Positions 9,101 to 16,905 of a stretch of DNA of 38,480 bases are shown in pieces. The DNA comes from Deltaproteobacteria bacterium (GTDB lineage Bacteria > Desulfobacterota > Syntrophia > Syntrophales > UBA2210): positions 1 to 38,480 of the forward strand of contig JAGYOR010000003.1 of assembly GCA_018399535.1 (NCBI GenBank), in the 5' to 3' direction. Under the pieces are notes generated by a model. It was not told the DNA's origin, made no database searches, and was given only the letters and a program-made list of their open reading frames with translations. A program made the translations under genes and the position numbers. Within the stretch, counting starts at the first letter, position 1. The number at the start of each line of letters is the position of its first letter.

Positions 9101-10467
9101 ATGAAGTGCCCGTGAAGGCCGTCACCAACGGTGTGCACATGCAGTCGTGGGTGGCGCCCGCGATGAAGGAATGTTACGAGCGCTACCTGGGGATCGACTG
9201 GTATTCAGGGGATTTTGAAAACCTGGGCTGGGAACGGGTGGACGAGATTCCCGACAAGGTGCTCTGGCAGACTCACGCGGATCTCAAGACAAAAATGATC
9301 GATTACGTGAAAAGCAGCCTGACGGCGCAAAGCGAGCGGCAGGGAATTCCCCGGTCTCTGGTCCGGCGGAAAACAGAAAGTCTCGACCCCGGCGCCCTGA
9401 TCATCGGTTTTGCCAGGAGATTCGCCACCTACAAGCGGGCGCTCATGCTGTTCGAGGATTGCGACCGCCTGTCTCGACTGCTGAACGACAACGGCAGAAC
9501 CGTGCAGGTTGTTTTCGCGGGCAAGGCCCACCCGAATGACGAGGCCGGTAAGGAGCTTCTGAAACAGTTGTTCGCCTATACCTGGGACGAGCGGTTCATC
9601 GACAATATTTTTTTCATCGAGAATTATAATCTGGGAACGGCGCGAAGCCTGGTTCAAGGCGTCGATGTCTGGCTCAACAATCCCCTGCGGCCGCGCGAAG
9701 CAAGCGGAACGAGCGGCATGAAAGTTGTGGTAAACGGCGGGTTGAACCTGAGCATTCTCGACGGCTGGTGGGACGAAGCCTACAACGGCGACAACGGCTG
9801 GGCCTTCGGCGACGGCAGGGAGTGCAATAACGTGGACACGCAGAACACCGCCGACAGTGATTCTCTCTACGACGTGCTCGAATCGTCGGTGCTGCCGTGT
9901 TTTTTTGATACGAACGGCGGCGGTTACCCGGAAAAATGGCTTGCCATAATGAAATCGTCCATCAAAAGCCTTGTCCCCCGTTTCAACACTCATCGCATGG
10001 TCAAGCAGTATTATGAAACCATGTACCTGCCCGCGGCCCGTCGCGCGGCGGTCCTGAAGGCGCGGGGATACGAACGGGCGCGGGCCCTGGCCGGCTGGAA
10101 ACAGAAAATATCCTCGCGGTTTTCACGGGACCACATCCGGTGGTACAAGGTGCGGGGTTTCACGGGTGACCGCCTTGACGTGGGCGGATCATTCCAGGTG
10201 GAGGCGGGAATCGACCTGGGCCGGCTCTCGGAAGAGGAAGTGCGGGTGGAACTGGTCATCATGGAATCCGGGGAGAGAGGCGTGCTGCGCAAATCGGCCG
10301 TCCTGGGGATGAACAAGACAGGCGTCGACGCCGACGACGGGACACTCATATATTCAGGCGAGTACCGGGCCGAAAAATCAGGCACCTTTGTTTACGGTAT
10401 CCGTATCATGCCGACGCATCCCGACCTTTTCTCCTATCAGGAACCGGGACTGGTCCACTGGGCCTAG
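6184..10467 (+). CDS. glgP: Fusion protein: N-terminal GT3 glycogen-synthase-like domain plus C-terminal alpha-glucan phosphorylase (GT35)
   Basis: N-terminus has FELSWETCNKVGGI, AHFHDW, HATVLGR and YEPWGYTP. C-terminus has AYFSTEYG, YSGGLGVLSGD, HLNEGH, VTNGVH, ARRFATYKR and the PLP-Lys motif EASGTSGMK. Start ATG 6184 or GTG 6172. Confidence 0.92.
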   Translation: MNKTIGISADCLFELSWETCNKVGGIHRVLRGKAARAVERFGDGYFLIGPDLGNNPDFEETDEELWDDIRFDAGARNLSCRCGRWRDAPGGPRTILVSHNGKYDADRLLFGLWQNYGVDSMAGGPDYIEQVLFATAAAEIVEIVYERLLRHHEVFVAHFHDWTTAAGLLYLNRNIPEIATVFTAHATVLGRAIADAGDDLPDDQGAAFTAELASRLNVSARHSIETAATAQADCLSAVSEVTAEEVTRILGRTPRVILPNGITINDVPECFDEATGADPRRLAMLDFASKFLRTELPADRTDIFFTSGQYDFRGKGIDLFLESLKGVGDDLRNDPAGRKVVAFLGVLGAHRGISHETSRILRGEEGVVSSGVARICTHQLSDPQHDPVWKACNVLNLLNDAGDAVHVICMPVYLDGYDGIVNLTYDDVLAACDLGVFLSRYEPWGYTPLDGAARCLPVVTTDRAGFGAWVRRQEDIPAGGVFVLDFQGRSRESCVAALKECFLRVLDWTPEEKRRQRSRARFVAARADWAVLYDRYGEAYNEAVATADKRLHGLDTSGTGREVTYAGTDSLQPRYRNFSVAVPLPEPLGRLREIAYDLTWTWTPEIEELFARLDPRLWVDLGRNPVELLERVREDRLVEMAENETYLRLYRRVLTLLDDIGADNGSFGDDDALITAKTPVAYFSTEYGMHESLPIYSGGLGVLSGDHLKSSANLHFPLVGVGLLYKNGYFSQMLDGEGNQAALYPDNDFSRMPVSICANGSKPDEALKIHVDLPGRKLYAQAWHVTVGTVTLYLLDTAIPENNSQDMAITSRLYGADQRLRIEQEIMLGIGGVRLLEKLGIRPAVFHLNEGHSAFLLLERIRGLMEKKGLTFHEAREVVRASSIFTTHSPVEAANERFEESLMKNYFSEYAEELGISWDTFWQLGRDEPGPGKPFFMPVLAFNLCCASNAVSELHGQVARKMWKKVWSGFDEDEVPVKAVTNGVHMQSWVAPAMKECYERYLGIDWYSGDFENLGWERVDEIPDKVLWQTHADLKTKMIDYVKSSLTAQSERQGIPRSLVRRKTESLDPGALIIGFARRFATYKRALMLFEDCDRLSRLLNDNGRTVQVVFAGKAHPNDEAGKELLKQLFAYTWDERFIDNIFFIENYNLGTARSLVQGVDVWLNNPLRPREASGTSGMKVVVNGGLNLSILDGWWDEAYNGDNGWAFGDGRECNNVDTQNTADSDSLYDVLESSVLPCFFDTNGGGYPEKWLAIMKSSIKSLVPRFNTHRMVKQYYETMYLPAARRAAVLKARGYERARALAGWKQKISSRFSRDHIRWYKVRGFTGDRLDVGGSFQVEAGIDLGRLSEEEVRVELVIMESGERGVLRKSAVLGMNKTGVDADDGTLIYSGEYRAEKSGTFVYGIRIMPTHPDLFSYQEPGLVHWA

Positions 10468-10515
10468 CCCCATACCGCGCGCCTATCGGCGGCGGGTTTG
10501 AAGGAGGATGTTCAC

Positions 10516-13212
10516 ATGTCGCTAGTCTGTTTGTACTTTCAGCTGCACCAGCCCTTTCGCCTGCATCCCGAGCGGGACAAGTTCCTCTGGGAAGACCTGA
10601 ATCGCGAGGTATTTCAAAAGGTCGCATCGAAATGCTATCTGCCCGCGCTGTCGCTTTTTGAGGAAATGGTGGCCGGCGAGGAATCGTTCAAGGCGACTTT
10701 CAGCTTTTCGGGGGCCTTCCTTGAGCAGGCGCAACTCTACAGTCCCGACGTGATCACGGCCCTGCAGCGTCTGCTCGATGCGGGCGGTGGCGAACGGGTC
10801 GAGTATCTGGACGAGACCTACTACCATTCACTCACGTCGCTTTTCGAAGATCCGAAACGACAGGAATTCCGCGATCAAGTGTCGTTCCACCGCGACCTGA
10901 TGCGGCACCTCTTCGGTATCAAGCCCACGTCCTTTCGCAACACTGAACTGATGTACAACAATAATATCGCCGCGGCCGTTCACGACATGGGCTACCGGGC
11001 GATTCTGTGCGAGCAGCGCCGGGACATGTACGGCGACGGAGCGGTTCTGACACCCGATTCCGTGTTCAAGTCCGTTGAAAACGGTCTCGTCGTCATTCCC
11101 CGCAACAGGGATCTGAGCGACGACGTTGCCTTCCGTTTCACCCACCGGCCGCTTGCGCCGGAGGAATATGCCGCCAATATCGCGCGTATTGACGGACCGG
11201 CGGTGCTGCTTGGCTACGATTTCGAGCATATCGGGGAACATCTCTGGGAAGACACCGGCATTTTCGAATTCTGGAAGGCGATTCCCCGGGCTTTCGCAAA
11301 CCATGAGTCAATCGTCATGGCCAATCCCACGGAGATAGCCGAGCGGTTCGAAAACGTGGAATGCCCCCCCGTGGACATTCCGGGCCTTGCGACATCGTCC
11401 TGGGCCGACGCATCGCGGGATACCCACGGGTGGCTGGGCACCATGACCCAGTATGAATTGTTCCGGAACATCGAAAAACTGGAAGGAGAAGCCCGGCGCG
11501 CCGGCGGCGAGCTGCTGACCCGCTGGCGGCACCTGACCACGTCGGATCATATCTATTTCCTTCATGAACGGATCGGCGAGGATCACGCCGTGCATTCCTA
11601 TTTCAACCCGTACGGTGGTTCCATCACCCAGGCGGCCCACGTGCTCACCCGCAAGATCGACGATTTCGAAGTCGCCATCAGGCGTTTCGAGGTGTTGAAG
11701 CGGCGGGAACGCACGGCAGTGCTGCTCATTGCACCCGAAAGCGGACGTCTGCCAGAGGATATGGGGGCGCTGGCATCCTATATATCGGGGAAAAGCGGCG
11801 GCCTCGGCGAAGTGGTCTCCGCCCTCTGCGAGGGGCTGAACGAACGGAACGTGGACGTACACCTGGCCATGCTGAATCTCAAGAAGCGGTTCCGCGAGGA
11901 CAGCCGCATCGGCGAGGAAGACTGGCGCACCTTGCGGTATCAGCACGACACGGACAGGATTCACCTGGTCAGTTCCTCCGTTTTCGCCGACCTGCCCGGC
12001 GCCTATGCCGGCGATCCCGCCCGGAACGCGGCCGAGTTCCAGAAAGAAGTAATAAATCACATCATCAAGGATGTGCGGGGAAAGAGCCGGGGGAGGCTGA
12101 TCGTCCATACCCACGACTGGATGGCCGGGGGAGCCGCCTCGGCGTACGTGAAATCCCGGGGCATTCCGCTCCTTCACACGATGCACAACAGTTTTACCGG
12201 GTACATTCCCCTGGAGATGCTGTTCGGCATCGAGATAGACGAACTGGTTCCCTTCCTGTACCTGTCGGACGATAAAGGCCGACGCTGCATCGACGCCCAG
12301 GCGACGGCGATCAAAAACGCCACGATGGTGAATTTTGTCGGCCGCCGGTTCCTCGAAGAAGTGGTAAACGATTATTTCATTGATCAGCCCGTCATTCCTC
12401 AGAGCGTCCGTGATGAAGTAAAGGCGAAATACGCCGTGGGCGCCGTTGTATCGATCATCAACGCCCCGTCCCGCACGATGTACCCCGAGTTCTGCCCTCA
12501 CCTCGTCAGGAACTACGGCCCCGACGCGGACATCCTGGCGGCGAAACGGGAAAATCTCCTGGAATTCCAGCGCCGGACCGGTCTCAACGTGAATCCCGGA
12601 GCGGTTCTGTTCTACTGGCCGTCCAGGCTCGACCCGTTGCAGAAAGGTGTGACGGTCTTTGAAGAAGTGCTGCTTCGTTTCGTCATTGAAAACCCGGACG
12701 TGCAGGTGGCGATCGTGGCCAACGGCGTCGGCGGCGACCGCGCGCACGAGGAAATCCTTGGAAGAATAGCCTGGGTGTCGGGAGGAAAAATCGCCTACCA
12801 TCACTACCAGGAGGATCTGTCCATGCTCGGTTTCGCCGCCGCGAGCGATGTTTTCGGGGTATCCCTTTACGAGCCCTGCGGGCAGATCGACCAGGTAGGC
12901 AACCTGTTCGGCGCCACGGCAACGAACCGTGACACCGGGGGCTACCACGACAAGATCAGGGAACTGCGGCTGAAGGCGGACGGTTCTCCCCAGGATGTGG
13001 GAAACGGGTTTCTTTTCAGGGATTACGATCCCGGCGGGCTGCTCTTCGGCATGGAAAAAAGCCTCCGCTTCCATCGAAGGCCCGCCGTCGAGCGTGAACC
13101 GCAGATCAGGCGCATCATGCGGGAGACCAGGGAGAAATATGACCTGGAGACCATGATCGCTCAGTACATGAGAGTTTACGAACGGCTCAACGGCGACCGG
13201 CCGCTGGTTTGA
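10516..13212 (+). CDS. Fusion protein: GH57 glycoside hydrolase plus C-terminal GT5 glycogen/starch-synthase-like domain
   Basis: GH57 regions LHQPFR, ETYYHSL, FRNTEL, YDFEHIGEH, SSWAD and TSDH. GT5 motifs KSGGLGEV, HTHDWM, SRLDPLQKG, YEPCG and TGG. ATG 10516 follows AAGGAGG. Confidence 0.9.
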   Translation: MSLVCLYFQLHQPFRLHPERDKFLWEDLNREVFQKVASKCYLPALSLFEEMVAGEESFKATFSFSGAFLEQAQLYSPDVITALQRLLDAGGGERVEYLDETYYHSLTSLFEDPKRQEFRDQVSFHRDLMRHLFGIKPTSFRNTELMYNNNIAAAVHDMGYRAILCEQRRDMYGDGAVLTPDSVFKSVENGLVVIPRNRDLSDDVAFRFTHRPLAPEEYAANIARIDGPAVLLGYDFEHIGEHLWEDTGIFEFWKAIPRAFANHESIVMANPTEIAERFENVECPPVDIPGLATSSWADASRDTHGWLGTMTQYELFRNIEKLEGEARRAGGELLTRWRHLTTSDHIYFLHERIGEDHAVHSYFNPYGGSITQAAHVLTRKIDDFEVAIRRFEVLKRRERTAVLLIAPESGRLPEDMGALASYISGKSGGLGEVVSALCEGLNERNVDVHLAMLNLKKRFREDSRIGEEDWRTLRYQHDTDRIHLVSSSVFADLPGAYAGDPARNAAEFQKEVINHIIKDVRGKSRGRLIVHTHDWMAGGAASAYVKSRGIPLLHTMHNSFTGYIPLEMLFGIEIDELVPFLYLSDDKGRRCIDAQATAIKNATMVNFVGRRFLEEVVNDYFIDQPVIPQSVRDEVKAKYAVGAVVSIINAPSRTMYPEFCPHLVRNYGPDADILAAKRENLLEFQRRTGLNVNPGAVLFYWPSRLDPLQKGVTVFEEVLLRFVIENPDVQVAIVANGVGGDRAHEEILGRIAWVSGGKIAYHHYQEDLSMLGFAAASDVFGVSLYEPCGQIDQVGNLFGATATNRDTGGYHDKIRELRLKADGSPQDVGNGFLFRDYDPGGLLFGMEKSLRFHRRPAVEREPQIRRIMRETREKYDLETMIAQYMRVYERLNGDRPLV

Positions 13213-14458
13213 GGGGCGCTTTGACGCCTTCCTCCCAGATTTCAACCAGGTAATCCTTCTGGCGTTCGAATTTCACCGCCTGGTCTTCGACCAGGGCTTC
13301 CGCCTCGGCGGAACTCATGTCCCAGGTGCGCCGGACGAAGGTGGCGACGCGGGCGTAGTAGAGCGGGGTCATCACATCGACGAGTTTGTTGCGATTCACT
13401 TTCCATTTATGAAAGGTTGCCGCCAGTTCGTAGAGGATCTTTACCCAGTCCTCTGTTGACAGGCTGAAATCCTCAACGCTCATGGAGGCGGCGCGGGTGA
13501 CTGCCTCGCAGCTTTCCGGGCTGAGCACCTCTCTCCACAGGGCTGAAAACTGGCTGTGTCCTGTCTTGAAATGTTCGATCATTCCCTCGAGATTCACGGG
13601 AACCGGTTCCGGTTCCAGGACCCCCTCGAAGCCGAAGGTTTCCACCGGCTCGCTGCCGTGTACCTTTTTCCAGACCGTCTCGTTTGTTTCCATGAGCGAG
13701 AAGACCGTCCACAGCACCTGCCGGAACATGGGGCCCAGGTGCAGCCCCGGATCTTTTGCGTCGTGAATCTTGACACCCAGGTTCGACTGGCAGACGCGGT
13801 AGTTGCTGGTGATGGCGTGCGTGGTCATCCAGATGTCGATGCCGTAACGCGCCACGTCCGTTTCCCACACATCCTGGTTGATAAAGTACCGCGTGACCTC
13901 CCGGGAAAGGGCGAAATCGCCCCCGATGGGTTGCCGGATCCGTTTTCCGTAGAGGGCCCTCGTCAGGTTGTACACGATGTTGTTGGTGATCGTGCCGTCG
14001 TATTTGTGCCTGACGTAGACCGGCGCCACGAACTGATAGCCCTTTTCGAGCACCGGGTCGAGCAGGTAGCGGACCCAGTCGGGAGTGATGCTCCTGAGAT
14101 CGGAATCGACCACGACGCAGGCATCTGTCTGCAGGCGGCAGGCGGCCTCGAAGATCGAACGGAGAGCCGATCCCTTGCCCGCGGGCCCCCTGTAGATTGA
14201 CACCACTTTTTCCTGCCAGGGCTTGATCTGGAATTCCTTGGCGACTTCCCTCGTGTCGTCCGTCGATCCGCCGTCGGCGATTATGATGACACTCCGCCTG
14301 TCCTTGTAATACTGGGCGAGACCATGAGTGAGCATCTGGATCACGTGCCCGATCGTCTTCTCGTTGTTGTAGCAGGGTATTCCCACGAGAATGTCGGCGT
14401 GTTCTATTTCCTCAAGCCGTTTCGCGCTGTAGGACCTGAGGGCCGTGTTGTAGTGCAT
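13187..14458 (-). CDS. GT2-like glycosyltransferase resembling single-step glucosylglycerate/mannosylglycerate synthases
   Basis: VGIPCYNNEKTI, DGGSTDDT, GKGSA, VDSDL, RHKYDGTITN, IRQPIGGDF, YGIDIWMT and KIHDAKDPG. ATG 14458 follows AAAGGA. Confidence 0.8.
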   Translation of the reverse strand: MHYNTALRSYSAKRLEEIEHADILVGIPCYNNEKTIGHVIQMLTHGLAQYYKDRRSVIIIADGGSTDDTREVAKEFQIKPWQEKVVSIYRGPAGKGSALRSIFEAACRLQTDACVVVDSDLRSITPDWVRYLLDPVLEKGYQFVAPVYVRHKYDGTITNNIVYNLTRALYGKRIRQPIGGDFALSREVTRYFINQDVWETDVARYGIDIWMTTHAITSNYRVCQSNLGVKIHDAKDPGLHLGPMFRQVLWTVFSLMETNETVWKKVHGSEPVETFGFEGVLEPEPVPVNLEGMIEHFKTGHSQFSALWREVLSPESCEAVTRAASMSVEDFSLSTEDWVKILYELAATFHKWKVNRNKLVDVMTPLYYARVATFVRRTWDMSSAEAEALVEDQAVKFERQKDYLVEIWEEGVKAPLKPAAGRR

Positions 14459-14490
14459 GCGGCATCCTTTCATGCGAAATATTTAAAATA

Positions 14491-14519
14491 AGTATATTGA
14501 ATAATTGAAAAAAAGACAA
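14491..14519 (-). promoter_or_regulatory. Putative sigma70 promoter for the GT2 gene
   Basis: Minus strand TTGTCT-N17-TATACT in an AT-rich patch. Confidence 0.5.
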
Positions 14520-14622
14520 TATTTCTCTTCGTGTATGTCGTGTGCTTCGTGGGGAGGAAACGTGTGGTTGCGAAAACGTTTTGCGTGAACAACCGGATGG
14601 GGTGATTCATGGGGCGGGACAA

Positions 14623-15924
14623 TCACCCCCGTTGCTTCAGCTTTTTCCAGGCAAGCAGCCGGTCCCGGACGCGTGCTTCGTAGCCCCGGTCGGTGGGTCG
14701 ATAAAAGATCCGATTCCGGAGTTTTTCAGGCAATGCTTCCTGGTGGACCTGGGCGTCGGGGTAGTCGTGGGCGTACTTGTAGTGTTTACCGTATCCAAGA
14801 TCCTTCATGAGCTTCGTCGGCGCGTTTCGCACGTCCAGTGGAACAGGCAAGGCGCCTGTTTCCTCGATGGTTTTTCGAACCGCGCCCATTGCGCGGTAAA
14901 GGGAGTTGCTCTTGGGAGCCGCCGCGAGGTAGACAGCGGCCTCGGCAAGGGCGAGCTCGCCTTCGGGAGATCCCAGGAACCGGAAAGATTCCATGGCGTT
15001 AAGGGATACCGACAGGGCCGCCGGATCGGCGAGACCCACGTCTTCCGAGGCGAACCGCACCATTCTTCTCGCGATGTACAGGGGATCCTCGCCCGCCGTG
15101 AGCATGCGCGCCAGCCAGTAAAGCGCGGCGTCGGGATCGCTGCCTCGAAGGCTTTTGTGCAGCGCCGATATGAGGTTGTAGTGTTCCTCCCCGCTCTTGT
15201 CGTAACGCAGGAAGCGCCGCTGCAAGGCCTGTTCGGCGACGTCCCGCGTGATCACGGGAGCGCCCCGGTTCGATTCTTCCGCCAGAACGGCGGCCGCTTC
15301 GAGCCCGTTCAGGGCTGCCCGGGCGTCGCCGTCGGCGACGGCAATCAAGTGGTCCATGGCTTCAGGTTCCGCCGTGATGTTCAATTGCCCCAGGCCGCGT
15401 TCGGGATCATCCAGCGCCCTGCGGAGCATGGTTGCCAGTTCCTCCTCCGTATAGGGTGAAAGCACCAGGACACGCACCCTGGACAGAAGCGGCGCGACGA
15501 CTTCGAAGGAAGGGTTTTCCGTTGTGGCGCCGATGAGCGTTACGAGTCCCGTTTCCACGTGGGGCAGAAAGGCGTCCTGCTGGGCCTTGTTGAACCGGTG
15601 AATTTCATCGACGAAAAGAATGGTCTTTTTACCGTGGCGGTGAAGCTGGTTTCGCGCTTCTTCGATCATGGCCCTGATTTCTTTTACCCCCGAGAGGACG
15701 GCGGAAAAGGTTTCAAAGTGGGCCTGCGTTTCCGTCGCCGCCAGTCGGGCCAGGGTTGTCTTCCCCGAACCGGGGGGGCCCCAGAAGATCATGGAGAAAA
15801 GATGATCGCGGCGCAGGGCCTGGCGCAGGAGGCCGTCTTTCCCCACCAGGTGGGGTTGCCCCACGAAATCGTCGAATGAGCGTGGACGCATACGGTCGGC
15901 CAGGGGAGCCGTCGTTGCCGTCAT
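14623..15924 (-). CDS. rarA: Replication-associated recombination protein A (RarA/MgsA AAA+ ATPase)
   Basis: [57 protein letters not shown] and YKYAHD. The frame is open to 16086, so the start is uncertain. Confidence 0.93.
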   Translation of the reverse strand: MTATTAPLADRMRPRSFDDFVGQPHLVGKDGLLRQALRRDHLFSMIFWGPPGSGKTTLARLAATETQAHFETFSAVLSGVKEIRAMIEEARNQLHRHGKKTILFVDEIHRFNKAQQDAFLPHVETGLVTLIGATTENPSFEVVAPLLSRVRVLVLSPYTEEELATMLRRALDDPERGLGQLNITAEPEAMDHLIAVADGDARAALNGLEAAAVLAEESNRGAPVITRDVAEQALQRRFLRYDKSGEEHYNLISALHKSLRGSDPDAALYWLARMLTAGEDPLYIARRMVRFASEDVGLADPAALSVSLNAMESFRFLGSPEGELALAEAAVYLAAAPKSNSLYRAMGAVRKTIEETGALPVPLDVRNAPTKLMKDLGYGKHYKYAHDYPDAQVHQEALPEKLRNRIFYRPTDRGYEARVRDRLLAWKKLKQRG

Positions 15925-16136
15925 CCGGTTTTTTTCGGGTGTGTCCGATTCATCGAGAAGGAGGCCCGTTTCCGCGGCGGAACGGGCCTTTCCCTTATTG
16001 TTCCTGGTTCCGGTGGGTGACACGACATTCGTCCTCGTTGTTCCCTCGGCGGAGTGGACTAATCGTATTCGCACAACCGCCGACACGTTGTCACATCATC
16101 GCACAGCTTCGCTTCGAGGGCAACGGAAGGATGATC

Positions 16137-16501
16137 CCCAAAATCCGCGATTGGTTTTACAAGGAGCGGGGTTTCGGGCCATCAGCACGAAAAATCGAAG
16201 AATCAACGGGAGCGGGTACTGGCGACCGTCCTTCGAAAGGCCTGTCCTGAGTAACACCAGAGGGCTCCACCGCCTGAGCGGGCATGCGAGGCCGAACGGC
16301 ATGACGACAACCGGTCTTCACGAGCCAACAACCGGTCATCCTGAGCGCCGTCGAAGGATAGACCGGTCAAGCACAAGCCGGACAATACGCAGCACGTTTT
16401 CCGGACCCCTCATGTGTGTCGGACAACACATATTGCGCTGAATCAACGGACTGTTTAGCTTTTTATGCCACGAGCAGGCGCCATGTATCGCGAATTCCGG
16501 G
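16137..16501 (-). mobile_element. Non-coding MITE-like/dispersed repeat element, copy 2 (inverted relative to copy 1)
   Basis: 16137-16156 CCCAAAATCCGCGATTGGTT matches the copy-1 terminal repeats at 19/20 and 18/20. 16486-16501 matches the other end at 13/16. Internal blocks are homologous. Confidence 0.6.
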
Positions 16502-16539
16502 TGGTACTTCAGGACGGCGGGAATCCCCGCGACGCCGCG

Positions 16540-16791
16540 TCAGGGTTTTTTCTTGAGGGAATCGACGGCCTTGAAAATCGTCGAGATCCGGTCGCCGGGG
16601 GGCCGGTTGACGAACCTGTCCCATTCTTCCGGCGTGAGAACTTCCTGCAGCCACTCTTGAACCGGGAGCGACGGCCAGCATTCTATGATGCGGCTGCAGG
16701 GAAGATCGCCCTGTTCGACCCGGCAATAGGCGAAGGTAACCTCGCCGCCGAGCCGCGGGCACCTGATCAGCAAATCGTCAAATCGCTTCAT
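16540..16791 (-). CDS. Small Cys-rich hypothetical protein, 83 aa
   Basis: RCPRLGGEV..YCR...LPC..IIECW (four Cys). ATG preceded by GAGGG. Confidence 0.75.
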   Translation of the reverse strand: MKRFDDLLIRCPRLGGEVTFAYCRVEQGDLPCSRIIECWPSLPVQEWLQEVLTPEEWDRFVNRPPGDRISTIFKAVDSLKKKP

Positions 16792-16813
16792 GATGCATAT
16801 CCCTCGTTTCCCC

Positions 16814-16862
16814 CCGGTCGAAGGGACGCCCCCATTCTTCTGCGGGGTGTCCCTTCGACCGG
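16814..16862. repeat. 19-bp inverted repeat (REP-like hairpin)
   Basis: CCGGTCGAAGGGACGCCCC-N11-GGGGTGTCCCTTCGACCGG, 18/19 Watson-Crick pairs. Confidence 0.85.
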
Positions 16863-16905
16863 ATTCCGTCGGCAGTTTTACCGCGGGCCGAAAGTAACAG
16901 CCGGG

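Noticed and set aside
15925-16086. N-terminal extensions given by the ORF track for rarA (and for dacA, trpB2, purD, the CoA-transferase B subunit, leuS and the PNPOx-like gene)
   Set aside because: Family homology and, in most cases, RBS position point to downstream starts. The trpB2 extension runs through the attenuator.
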